Part shown: piece by piece, positions 51,935-64,000 of the stretch
How positions within the stretch are numbered: position 1 is the stretch's first letter
Layout: the number at the start of each line of letters is the position of its first letter
Assembly (NCBI GenBank): GCA_965644295.1
Contig: CBFFRP010000108.1
Coordinates: forward strand, 62,001 to 126,000
DNA from: Paraphysomonas bandaiensis
Lineage: Eukaryota > Protista > Chrysophyceae
Length of the DNA stretch: 64,000 nt
Direction of reading: 5' to 3'
Translations under genes and position numbers: made by a program
The notes under the pieces: generated by a model
What the model was told of the DNA's origin: nothing
What the model saw: only the letters and a program-made list of their open reading frames with translations
The model's database searches: none

Positions 51935-54331
51935 TTATATAGAGTGACCATCCCCTGTGGTGATTGTCTGGTAAGAGTACGTCGTACTCTCATTGTGACG
52001 ATCCGTCGTGGGCACATTCGCGTAACCAGAACCCACTAGGTTCACATCATCTCGTCGCATGTACTTAAACCCTGCCACAGAAACACCAGCTACGGCAAAT
52101 ACCAAGAGCATAGAGAAAAATAGAGTTGAGTAGCTCTCACCATCTGTCTGTGAAGAACCGATGTCTTTAGGCCCATCTTCGTGAACAGCACCAGAGCTAA
52201 AATAGGACGCGAACTCTCTTTCAGACACAGGCGATGGAAGCTTCTGCTGATTGTCGTCACCATCTCCCTCCAAGAAATCCGCAACCGGAGCATGCAGACA
52301 AGCATCTCTATTGCCAAAAAATTCTTTGTCGATAAATCCTTTTTTTGCAGCTAGCCGGAAGCTCCAAAAGTTGGCTGAAGGTTCAGTGCGTTCAGATTCG
52401 TCGTCCACTTTGTAGGTCCAAAAGGCCCACCCAAGCTCTCGTTCGGCGGTAGATATCTGTCTCATCGCAAAGGATTTGATGTGACGCCTCCACCAGGGTG
52501 AAGTCAGTCGAGTTTCAATATCCCTGCACTGACCAAAGTCAGCATACCGTGCGTCTACGTATGGCATACAGTTATCAATTGCTAGCGAGAATTCTCCGAC
52601 AATTACTGGTGCCACATTGCAGGTCTGAAAGTGTAGCTGAGACTTGTAAGTACAGGCGATTTTCTCGTGTGTGTACTGCTTCTCACGGTCGGACTCAGGG
52701 TTATCTGATGCAATATCTGCAATATTAAAACCGTGGTAGGCGTGATTATCGAAGTATATGTTGTCATAGGGCCAGTTCTTCAGAAAAGTACCCCACTTGT
52801 AGGGGCGGAAAGAGTCATGCATCAGGATGGGCATCTCAGCTCGCACTGTACGGACACGCGTAATGGCATCATAGTAAAAGTCCCTCACTCTGATGACATG
52901 AGTAAGTCAACGCTCAATAGTGTACATGATGAGTATATGAATTGCTAAAACGTATATTACTAATACATGTCGACTTACTTCCCAAGATCAAGCATTCCCC
53001 AAGGCTCATTGAGCAGCTCCAACATCATTATATTATCCAGGCCATGAGCCTCTTCGATGTAATTGACATATGTGGCCATAGCCTCAATAGTCATCAAAGT
53101 ACCGGCCATATTGACGGAATCATATAGCCAGTGCTCACCCCAGAAATCTGGCTCTTTGTACACTGTTGTCTCGCCAGAATTATCGAAGCCATTTTGTGAC
53201 CCAGGTGCAGCGTGTAGGTCCAAAATCACCTGAAGGCCAGCATTCTTGGCGTAAGTGATCACCTTAGTAATGGGATGGTCCGCTGCATAGTCGGTAAGGA
53301 GTATAGAGCACATGCAATGTGATCTAGAGTACGTCATGTGTACTCACGCACAATACAAAGAACTTACGGGAAAATATGGATTCCGTAGGAATCAAATAAG
53401 GGGAAGCTGTGAAGCCAGATATCTCTTGAAAGTACCAGTATCCCACAGGAAGACGTACTGTGTTTAGTTCTTGGCGTTTCATGTCGTCGAAGTCTTCTTG
53501 TGTGTAGAACGTGTACCAATGATTGCGGAGGATATCGCAGTTTCCAAGATCTTCGCAACGAGAGGAAAAGCTGTGTTGATCAATTATTCCAGTACTGTTT
53601 CCCCATTCAACAAGATGGGGTGTAATCCAGCGCTCCAACACAAACAAGCCACCGATGTTAACTAGAAACACAAATTAATTCACTATTAAATTAGAACAAT
53701 CATTACTTGATTACCTGCTCGAATGGGAGCATTAAGTTTTGGGTACCACGGTGTAGATCTCCACGGATCTTCACGTCCACATACAAATTCACTAAGAGAT
53801 TCAAAGTCGCATGCACCAATATCTTTATCTATAGATGAGTGATACACAGCACGAATAAACTGGTCCAAAGCATAGACACCCTGTTCTGCTGTGTGTGCAG
53901 AGAGGTTGTTCATCTGACTTGCATCAGACACGCCCTATAAAGATAACCACATCACACAGATATCTCTTTTATATATCATACAGGTAAGTAAACGTATACA
54001 GATAACATAAGTGTGCATACATATATGAATAGATGTATGTATATAAACGTGTTTGTACCCAGCTCTTAGGGAACTTCCCGCAATTATAAGTCTTCCCATC
54101 CGGAGGATCCGTTACGAACACTCCTCTATTCCTTCCGCATGCAGATCCCCATATAGATGATATTTCTTTTTCATAACTGGCGAATGTCTGTGCATTAACT
54201 TTAGGATCCAGTCGACATATATAACCAGACTCATGCAATCCAACATCTGGATAAGGCTTATTGAACCGCCCAGATACGGATACGGATGATGATGCAATGA
54301 GGAGTGATATGAGACAAGTGCTGATATACAT
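51935..54331 (-). CDS. GH5 exo-beta-1,3-glucanase-like protein, signal peptide + C-terminal TM
   Basis: VNIGGLFVLERWITP, LNTVRLPVGYW, DLHAAPGSQNGFDNSG, LLNEP (acid/base), IVGEFS (nucleophile), GWAFWTYK. Confidence 0.92.
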
Positions 54332-54790
54332 GGTATGGTGTATGGTGCAATGGATATATGAGGACTGGACGGTTCCATATGTCTGTACAGTTATATATAT
54401 GTAGATGGGATGCATGGGTATCTACATACATGTACATACATACATACATCTACATAGACATGTACTTTCATACTGCAACCGTATTTCTGCTGGTATCTTA
54501 TACGTATTTCGTGTACACACCACTGTATAGATAGGAATTCCTACTTGTACGTATGGTTCAAAATCAAATATCTGTCCTGCTGCTGGTAATGTCAAGATCT
54601 TATATATATCAGTTAGTTTCAGTTTATAATATGAGAGTGACTCTCCAAGATGTGTTATTTTTTTGTGATGGCTGTGATAGTAAGATGAGGGAGTTGATGT
54701 CCTGTACATGTATATGTATGTAGACGCGGACAGGCATCTATAAGAGTTAAACCTCATTACATAAAAGTCTTTGCTTTTAACTACGCTGCC

Positions 54791-55227
54791 ATGGTCAGTA
54801 ATCATATATATGCAGTAGCAATGTGTTAAGGATTATTTTTTCAGGGAAACCACACTAAGAAGGTCGGAATCTGTGGGAAGTACGGCACCAGATATGGTGC
54901 TACCCTCCGTAAGGTGATCAAGAAGATGGAGGTCACCCAGCACTCCAAATATAATTGTGCTTTCTGTGGGAAGGATGCGTAAGTTTGATACTTAATAATG
55001 ATTAGCTGTTAGTAACTCCTATATAGCGTTAAGAGACAGGCTACTGGAATTTGGAAATGCATTCGTTGCAAGAAGACCATGGCTGGTGGTGCATATGTCC
55101 TCAGGTTCGTTAAATATCTACAATAACATTACCTTGTTCTTATCGTATAATGTATAGTACTTCTGCCGCCACTACTGTCCGCACAGCTGTTTCTAGATTG
55201 AGAAAGTCCAAGCAGGAGAGCAAGTAA
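54791..55227 (+). CDS. RPL37A: 60S ribosomal protein eL43 (L37a)
   Basis: M|[23 protein letters not shown]...CAFCGKDA|[25 protein letters not shown]|STSAA; three introns; absent from the supplied ORF track. Confidence 0.96.
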
Positions 55228-56654
55228 ATGCCGTCTCATGTCAATCTGGTGGTTTGTTAATAACAAAGACTTTCTTCTATAAGCGTACTTTATTTTGTAA
55301 TACATCTTATTCGGTGTGTTCTTTTGTGTATAGAGCACCCCTTTTCCAAATCTATAGTAGTGGTGGTGGACATCATAGATGAGATTATTTTCTTAGATTC
55401 TCTTTATGTCTCTACTCTACTTTCTTAGAAGCAACTCTACTCTCAGTAACTAAGATGCGCTCAGTGTAATTGATTATTACAATATTAATGGCTACTGAAG
55501 CAGCCGGTATGGTTATCCATTTTGCGATCGTAGGTTGGGAGTGAACATCAATTTCAGAACGTAGATGTAAACAGTAAGTAACACACTCAATAAATTATGA
55601 TACTTATGCATTTCTCATTATTCATTGTGAAGTACAACATTAGTTGTCTGCACTATTCCCTACTACCAATCAATATTTTGAGATATCAGGTAGGCACTAA
55701 CGTTAAATCTTGCTTTAACGCTTTGTTGCACATAACATGCTTCCAAGGAAGAATTATACTCCTTCTTAATCTAGAATCTAGGAACTTCACATCATATTCA
55801 GACATGGACTGTAACATCTGTTTTCATGAACATGTACATATATTTATGTTCACCAGCCAATCCAGAACCCATAAATTCCTTCTTATACAGACGTGCGTAT
55901 AGGGATATATTATTCAACCTAGTCAATTTGGTGGACTTAGTAACACTGACTTCTATTCACACTTAGTAACAACTTAGTAACACTATATAGTAATAGAGTG
56001 TAGTATGTCCTAGTCACTCCGAAATTGGTGTAAAAACCTAGTCAAAGCAATAAATGACTCAACCTAGCCAATTATAGTATTAAACCTAGTCATGAATTGT
56101 ACTCGCATATAGCTACGAATTACAGAAGCATGAGGTCATAGAAGGTGAATTAAAATCAATACAACATAGATCAGGCGAACACAAAGCTAAAGAGCAGTAA
56201 TATAGTAAGATATAACAGCATGGGCAGGACTCCATCGCTCTCTCCAATGCTCAAGTAGGCTAGTACACCATTCTTTCTCAACACAATCTATTTATTGGAC
56301 ACCATGGACCGTCAATTTGATTTTCTAAAATGCGTCTTCGGCTTCCACTCTTTATTGTAGACGTTTAAGTCTTAGATAATCGAGTAGCATCTCATTTAAC
56401 GGTCTCACCACTGTGAAGTGGCCCCGAAAATGTCAATTTCGAATAATGCAGGGAGAATCCACCTTACAACTTAAATAATAATGTGAATTCCAGAATTAAC
56501 ATTGAAATGAGGTTTACAGGTGTATCGATTTAAATTATAATTACAAGTAATACAAATATATTATAGTGCTGTCTAATCACATATGTCATGACTCGACCAA
56601 ACCTACATAAATGAAACATCCTCATGTCTACTGCAATAAAAATATTGAAAAAAA

Positions 56655-57446
56655 TCAGAGAGGCTTATGGCCTTGCAGCACATACTCTTCTTTTCTTTGT
56701 CCTGTATCCTCCAAGGAGGCTGTTTGAGGCTTATGGCCTTGCAGCACATACTCTTCTTTTCTCTGTCCTGTTTCCTCCAAGGAGGCTGTTTGGGGTGTAT
56801 TGTCATCACCATCTAGTACCACCGCATGTGCTTGTATCACAGCTTGATTTTCGTTTGGTGACATATCCAATTGAGAGATAGTGACAGTCACAGGACTATG
56901 TTCAGCTGAAATCATACCCAAAGCACGTTGTGCAGCACTGACGAAATCTCTCAATTCCTGTGTATAGGGAAGCTCGGGAAACTCATACGCTCCTAGGCTG
57001 TGATCCATAACAACTCTATGGATTGTAATAGAGGACGTCTCTGTGCCTCCATCTGAAGTTGCAGATGTGTGTGCGACTTGGCGAGACTCTAGCCGAATAC
57101 ATACGACTCCTTCAAAAGTTTTAATATCTTCCGAATAAAAAGATTTCGTTCTCATCAAGCAGTCCCATGTATTAGTTCGAGGATTCGACTTGAACTCCCA
57201 CATATATGCTGTTGATGTAACTGATAATATAGGGCAAAAACATGGGGCAAATATAATAAGAGGCGGCAGAGAGAAGAGGCAGCATGCCAGTGGTCCAGGA
57301 CGTAAGTCTTCATATACCATAACAATAACATCCTCTTCATTGATATAATCAAATGAGAGATCGCTTGATACACATGGACTCCAGCCGGAACATGCTATCC
57401 CTCTACGAGATATATCATCCCATCTTAGTTTAGAACGGCTTGTCAT
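56655..57446 (-). CDS. orphan protein with Cys-rich hydrophobic segment and duplicated C-terminus
   Basis: 263-aa intronless ORF; PLACCLFSLPPLIIFAPCFCPIL. Confidence 0.6.
   Translation of the reverse strand: MTSRSKLRWDDISRRGIACSGWSPCVSSDLSFDYINEEDVIVMVYEDLRPGPLACCLFSLPPLIIFAPCFCPILSVTSTAYMWEFKSNPRTNTWDCLMRTKSFYSEDIKTFEGVVCIRLESRQVAHTSATSDGGTETSSITIHRVVMDHSLGAYEFPELPYTQELRDFVSAAQRALGMISAEHSPVTVTISQLDMSPNENQAVIQAHAVVLDGDDNTPQTASLEETGQRKEEYVLQGHKPQTASLEDTGQRKEEYVLQGHKPL
56660..56791. repeat. 66-bp tandem duplication, 2 copies
   Basis: gaggcttatggccttgcagcac...ggctgttt twice, 2 mismatches. Confidence 0.92.
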
Positions 57447-58032
57447 AGATTAATATAGTTAGATCATTGTCATCAGGGGCTATATACAGTACACTGGATT
57501 ATGAGGCTCTCAGTAGATGTGTGTATAGTGTATATATATATGTGTGTGTATGTGTGTGGATCTGTTAATGGGTGTGTTCTCGACTATAAATACTGCTGCT
57601 GGTGAATGAACATATTCTTCGACATTACATACACACATACACACATACACACTGCTGTAGAACAGTATCAAGTCACGTACATTGTGAGTGAGTGTATCAC
57701 ATATACAGCAGTATACAGCTGTATACAGCAGCAGCACCTGGTCTCAAGATGCTCTATCTGCATATACACATACACACATGCATGATATCATGCTGACTGG
57801 ATCTCCCAACCACACCAAGCCAGTTCGAACCATCACCTACAGACACTATCGAATCTGATCTATCATGAAAAGAAGTAAACTGTACTCATGTATGGATGAA
57901 GGAGGTCACTGGTATGACATCCATAGCACTGTAGTGGCGTGCATGCGATCAGGGTCAAGTTACTGCAATCATAACTTGACCCTGATCAACACATTCATTA
58001 CAATGATGGTATATTCAACATACACTTGAGGT

Positions 58033-58851
58033 ATGACTGGTATAATACTGACTTGTTTAGTGGTGGCGCATGTAGCTCGATCGAATATCGCTGCTGCATA
58101 CGATGGAAACCCGATTGTCTTGTTAGGTTTACCGAAGTCTGGTACAACATCATTCACGTTTCTCTTTAATGACAAGTTACACTTTAAATCTGCTCATTAT
58201 GTTAGTGGACCAAGAAGAGATGAATGTAGACAACTTGTCTACCCTATTCCGTCTGTGAAACTTTCAAGTGGAGTCATATGGAACGAAAAAGTATGGAAAC
58301 CAAATTACAGATCAAGCTGTTACTTTTCCCACCAAATTCAGTCTGCCTTGTCTCAAAATTTGCCGCCGTTGCATTACCTAGTTAATATATTTAACTATAC
58401 AGTTATCACTCAGATGGACTGTGGAGGGTGCGACATGTATCCTCAAGTTGATGCTCTTCAGGAAATTGTAACCTCCTACCCCAATGCTTACTTCATTCAT
58501 AATGTACGAAATGTAACAGCTCATGTAGACTCTATTGTTAATTGGATGGCGGGAGCGTATGTCAGAGAATTAGAAAGCGCTGGTATGTTAAATCGATATC
58601 CAGGTCAGCATCACTACAATTCAGCTGCACAAAATGTAAAGGCAATGGTTGAACACGCTCAAAATGCTGTGCGTCAAATTTTTTCGGTTCATCCGAATAT
58701 GCGATTCCTTGAGATTGATATATCAACTGATAAGGAATCGTCACGGAGGTTGCTGGAGTTCTTATCGCTGACTGACTTTTCGAAGATTCTTGGCCGGATG
58801 CCTCATCGTAATAAAAATAACCACAAGATATTCAAAGAATTTGACGTGTAA
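58033..58851 (+). CDS. secretory-pathway P-loop sulfotransferase-like protein
   Basis: Signal peptide; PAPS-loop-like LLGLPKSGTTS; YPNAYFIHNVRN...SIVNW. Confidence 0.7.
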   Translation: MTGIILTCLVVAHVARSNIAAAYDGNPIVLLGLPKSGTTSFTFLFNDKLHFKSAHYVSGPRRDECRQLVYPIPSVKLSSGVIWNEKVWKPNYRSSCYFSHQIQSALSQNLPPLHYLVNIFNYTVITQMDCGGCDMYPQVDALQEIVTSYPNAYFIHNVRNVTAHVDSIVNWMAGAYVRELESAGMLNRYPGQHHYNSAAQNVKAMVEHAQNAVRQIFSVHPNMRFLEIDISTDKESSRRLLEFLSLTDFSKILGRMPHRNKNNHKIFKEFDV

Positions 58852-59679
58852 TTCAGATGTCAATGTATTAACTGAACATTTTTTGTGTATATGAAGTTGC
58901 GTTTTAATTTCGTTGTACATACCGAGTTGAAAAATATTTCGATAACGAGCTTCAACTTAAATGACGAAGAGTCATAAGGTAAGAGAAGTCAAACGTTTTC
59001 TTGATCTGGCCACTGCTATGACAATTATACACTTTTCCTGCCCGAGTTTTGCTTTTATATACTACAAACTACATACGAGTACTATAATATAGCAATGCTT
59101 AAAACAACATCTGAAAGATTCATTGGAATAACTGAAGTAACAATGTGCTGACTTGTTCTTCCCACGTTACATAAGTTACACGACGTAATATCACAAATAC
59201 ATTTAATCATTAGTCTATATTCTATACATCCCATAAGAAGAAAAGATGTAGAGGTGGCCATTTGTCTAATCAGTTATCAGTGCAAACTAACAAAAGCAGC
59301 TCATATTGTCTATTGGTTATTTTCACACAATTAAGATCGATAAGAGAAGATTATTGTAATAACTAGATAGACTCTTTCATTATATTGCATACACAATTGC
59401 GAGTTCTCATGTAAACACTTAATAACAACATGATAATATATAATATCTCGTTCATATCAACCACTGATCAACTTCCGTAACTTGAACCGTCATGATATAA
59501 TACTTCAGTTTCACAGTTATAGTATATTGACTACGTATTACATTTTCTTACATTGTATTCACCGTATTCTACAGTTCTATCTTAAAGAAGCATGCGTATT
59601 CGGACACTAACATACATATTCCAACACTCGCACGCAATGTAGGACAAGTACTATTTCCATATATTTAACGTAACCCACA

Positions 59680-60350
59680 GTGGCTTTTACAAACGATTTA
59701 AAAACATATGATAATTATGAACCAAGCAAACAAGATGTAATTGACAAAGGTAATCGCTTAAATTGTAATTTAATCGGTACAGGATTAGTAACAAATGATG
59801 AATTACATAAACTAAATAATGTTTCATCACATATTCAAAATCAAATAGACGGCTTAGGAAATGGACTAAACGGGATATCATTAAGATATGAATTTAATAA
59901 AGGACAGGTACTGGGATATAATTCAACAAATATGACAAATAGAACAATTTCAGGAATACATCACTTTGGTTCAGGAGTGCGTTATGCGAAACACACACCA
60001 ACTTCAACAACTCAATTCAATATATCAGTACCATAAATACCGCTCGATGGGTTTTTTATGCTTTAGGAAGGAAAACAAAAAAGGACGATTTCTTATAATA
60101 CATCATTATAAATTAGGATCATTAGAAACAACTTTATTTCTTCACACATATTGAACTGCATAAAAATAGTGCAATACAGAAAAGGCAGAAGAATTAGGGA
60201 AAGAATGGAAAGCAAATTGGTACAGTAGAGTATATAACAGGGGAGATAACATTTTTTATCTCAGTTGATGAAATAGGGCAATACTTATTTAAGGTTCCAT
60301 ACAGCTTTTGAATTGATGGTTCAACAAATGCCACAGTTATAAAAATCAAC
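59680..60350 (+). pseudogene. AT-rich relic resembling a viral fibre-protein gene
   Basis: KQDVIDKGNRLNCNLIGTGLVTNDELHKLNNVSSHIQNQID; strongly A/T-ending codons, no introns, no ATG start, several in-frame stops downstream. Confidence 0.5.
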
Positions 60351-60472
60351 TATATATGTTTTGATTTTGTAAAAAACCGCAAACAAAATAGTTTTGCTTT
60401 TTCTCGCATTAATGCCACAAGATTCGTAAAATTACTGGAAGCATAATGCAAACAGTCGATATTAAAATCACA

Positions 60473-63400
60473 TTAAAAGTCATTTACTCTGTGAGATCCA
60501 CCCGCACAACGCCACCCGTTTCCTTCTCGGTGCCACGTGTATCCCATGGGACATAGGCCTGACATGCGCAGCTGCTCCTGCTTTCGAACATACTCTCTTT
60601 CCTTGGCCAATCTCTCCTCTTCCTGCAGTCGCAATAGTTCCTCTCGATGCTCTTCCTCTGCTCTGACAGCGTTTTGCATTCCAGCCAACACATTCCCCAC
60701 TTGGGGCTTTAGTATTCGCATGATTTCTTCCACCCCCAAGCCGGAGGCATCCCGAATGGGAACTATGATATCATCGTGGAATGGTTTGTTATTTTGTTGG
60801 ACGTCAATGAGAATAGCAATTAGATCCTGTCGTTTTTCATGAGAAGTATCGTACCCAGCATCAATACATGCCTTAAGCAAGTAAGCATAGATTTCAGAAT
60901 TCAATGAAATGTTGCTCTCTTTCTCTTCTTCATTTTTTCGTTCGCCTTCCAGCATTTTCATCGAATGTGATATAGTTTCATGTGTTTTTTTCTTTGTCGT
61001 CTTACTGTTTTGAACCGTTGACGTTGCTTCTGCTGCTGAGTAAATAATTGGTGCATCGTGTTGGGAGCCTGTGTTATTGAATTCCAAGTTAGGTCTCTGC
61101 TTTTTCAGTTTTTCTACCGCCGACTGTACATCCGCATGCACAAAGTGTGACTGTCCAATTTCGGCAACTTGTGAGCATCGCACAGCCCGCGCTTCGTACA
61201 TGAAGCTGAATATGGTATGGCAGTCACGTGCATTCGCCCATCCAGGTCGGGCTCGAATTTCATCTAACTCCTTCTGAAGCACACCGACCATATCATCAGA
61301 CAGGATAATACCATTCTCCTGGCTCAGCATGCCGACCCCATTAACACAGTCTGCAGAGTCCCAGTCGGGAAATTCAATGCGGCCAACAAAGCGGCTCTTT
61401 ACGCCTGGGTTCGCAAGTGCCATCATCTTGTCCATTTCGGCTTTATATCCTGCCAAAATAACAACTGTCTTGTGAAAATGTTGCGGTTCGGTCATGAGGG
61501 CCACGAGTTGATCCATCGCCTCTTGGGCAAAGATAGTACTCCCATTTCCGTGCCCTATGCCCCCCAGCGTATATGCTTCATCTATAAATAGCACGCCCCC
61601 CTGCGCATCAGCCATCAAGTCATTAACCTTATCCTTCGTCTGTCCCACAAAGCTCCCCTGCATGTCTAACCCACTGCATTGGACAATTTTATTGGTACTC
61701 AACATCCCTATACCGTAGAATATTTCTGCCATGACTCTCGCAATCGTTGTCTTCCCCGTACCAGGATTTCCCAGAAAAACATACGAATGCAAGTGGTCTG
61801 CCCTATCGCGCCCATCTCTTTCGCTCTGTTGGATAACAGCCTTCAATTGATCCAAGTGTTGCACGATATGTTCAATCTTGTACAAGCCAGCGAGCGCCGC
61901 ACGACCGTCGCTGGCAGGTCGATCTAGGCCGAAATCTGAGGGTACAAGCTCCTTGGACAACGCATCTCGGGCAGCAAGTTGTTGCTTGGCGTGAGAAATC
62001 ATACTGACAGCGGCACCCGCATTTCCGAAGTTAGGACGCGAACGGCGTACTGCTAATTCCTTAATAACTTTTTTCCTCAAATCCCGGGATATTGAGAGCC
62101 CGTGTTCTGTTATTAGTTTCACAACCACACGATCTAAATCCGCATTGTTGAAGTCCTCGAATCTAAAAGCATCCTCCAAGGCAAAGCGCCGAGTTAGACC
62201 TGGATTTTGTCCCCGAAACATTTTTCGCATTTCTTTCTCGTAGCCAATCAGAACAACGGATATGTCCTCTCCTGGAGTACCTTGTACTAGCTCCGTAAGA
62301 GTGTCCAGTGCATTGTGGCCGTAAGATGTGTTTGTCAGAGCATAAGCCTCGTCTATTATCAAAACCTTCCCTCGACATCTTTTAATCAGAGCGGCCGTGA
62401 TCTTCTCAGCTTCTCCCACTGCCGAACCGATTAGGTCACTTGGCTGCTTCAACTCCACTGCACCGTCACTAAGCAACCCGATGCCTTTCAAAATGCGCCC
62501 ATATAGCTTTGCAACGGTGGTTTTTCCGGTGCCTGGGTTGCCAAGGAAGACACGATTCAAAGACACTTCGTATGGGACCTCTCCTCTCAATTCGCGTTCA
62601 TAATTGACCGCTGCAATGTTGATCAAGCTGTATATCGCTTTCTTTACACTTTCCAATCCGATCATTGCATCCAGTTCATCGATGGCCTGGCCAAGACTAG
62701 GAGTATGTTCGCGAGTGGGAGGAGGGCCGAGAATATCGCTTATAGTGAGGGTCTGGGCATTGCGGTCTCGCGTCAATGCACTTCTATACGCCTTCTCAAA
62801 CAGCAAACGCACTGCACCCGCATTCCCGAATGATTTATGTCCTCTCCCGCGAGAGATGCGGCGAGCTGCAACGGCGATTACACTGGGATCGGCGGGTGGC
62901 CAGTTGTGGGTTGAGCACAGTTGCATTAGAATTTCAGCGACTTCGGGCTCTGTATAGTCCTCGAAGTTGAATATGTAGTTAAATCGACGATTGAAACCAT
63001 CATTGAAGTCAAAGAGCTTCGTCTCTATTTCATCCTTATAGCCCGCCAAAATTATAGTTAAGTCGGTACGACGTTCTTCAGTGACGTCAAGCAGCTGCAT
63101 TGCCACAGATTCTCCACTGACGTTCTTCTTAGGATCGAGTGCATACGCTTCATCAATGAATAGGGTGCCTCCTGTGGCCTTGTCAATCAACGCGCTGACA
63201 TCATCTGCACCCATTCTTGCCAATTTCTCGCCAGTGATAACTTCAAAAGAATCACTGCGTCGCACTCCGACTTCATGCAACATCTTACCCAGAATTTTGC
63301 CAACTGTGGTTTTACCTATATCGCGATAATCATAAAGGACATTAATATTATATTATTACAATATTGTTATAAAGTTATTACTGTATTAGGAAATAAAAAT

Positions 63401-64000
63401 AATATTGGGCAATACACATGAACATATAATACCTGTTCCCGGATTGCCTAATAGGGCAAAGTTAAACGTCTGAGGAACGCGCCGCTCAGCAGGTAGCGAT
63501 AACTCTGCGACAATGCTCATATAGATTTCAAGTGCTTTCTCTTTGACCGCTTTGAGGCCAACAAGTTGCATCATGTCATCCAATGCTGCTGACAGAGGTG
63601 ACCCCCTTTCCAGCTTCAGTTTTTCCCATTTATCTTGTGGAGTGTCGATCACGACAACAGCTTCTGGTGGAGCAATAAACGCTTGGTCCTGAGGGGTCTC
63701 CGCGCTGCTTAGCTCGTGTTCAGTCATGAAGCGTCTCGCGTGTGCCACATTATTGCAACGTCGTAGACAAGAAATCCTAAAGTTTTGCTCTGAATCAGAT
63801 CGGCACACCAGAGTTCGAGATATAACGAGAAAAAACACCGCATCAAGCGGACAGGACACCGTGCGCATTGTATCGTTTACATACTCTTCGATGAACTCTG
63901 CTGCATCCTGGTGATATATATCTACATGACTTGGTGCAGTATTGGCCAGAGCGAGATACAGAGAGACATAAGGCCAATTGGAAAGGACAGGTTTCTCAAA
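60473..64000 (-). CDS. triple-AAA CbbX/SpoVK-like ATPase, 5' end outside the window
   Basis: Three GNPGTGKT Walker A motifs (first split by an intron), three [LI][FI]IDEAY Walker B motifs, FGNA/WANA sensors; C-terminal CPMGYTW...WRCAGGSH. Confidence 0.9.

Noticed and set aside
60473-63283. Rubisco activase CbbX
   Set aside because: Three AAA modules and a long N-terminus; the true activase has one.

Overview
Gene-dense eukaryotic nuclear DNA with many short (about 45-65 nt) GT-AG introns. It is probably a stramenopile: the 5S rRNA loop C reads CCGCTC, a ciliary KATNIP gene is present, and the copia element is of a type recalled from oomycetes; this assignment is inference. About 21 protein genes can be supported: PH-PP2C phosphatase, RBMX2, multi-RGS protein, mitotic cyclin, MRPL34, VIP1/PPIP5K, ankyrin protein, RPN10, USE1, FAD monooxygenase, RING/coiled-coil protein, thiolase, KATNIP, phage-type RNA polymerase, membrane-anchored endonuclease I, EF-hand protein, GH5 glucanase, RPL37A, an orphan, a sulfotransferase-like protein and a triple-AAA CbbX/SpoVK-like ATPase that runs off the window. 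The window also holds two tandem 5S rRNA genes, a full-length Ty1/copia retrotransposon with 320-bp LTRs, two families of inverted-repeat elements, and an AT-rich relic resembling a viral fibre gene. Most notable: (1) a T7-like RNA polymerase with intact catalytic motifs, fungal-type signatures and a possible signal-peptide/RGG presequence; (2) near-perfect head-to-head pairing of genes, with a recurring TACTGCTGTA motif in divergent spacers and every mobile or foreign element in convergent spacers; (3) the virus-like relic beside the AAA gene. Exon boundaries were assembled by eye. Family and taxonomic resemblances are from recalled motifs, not database searches.
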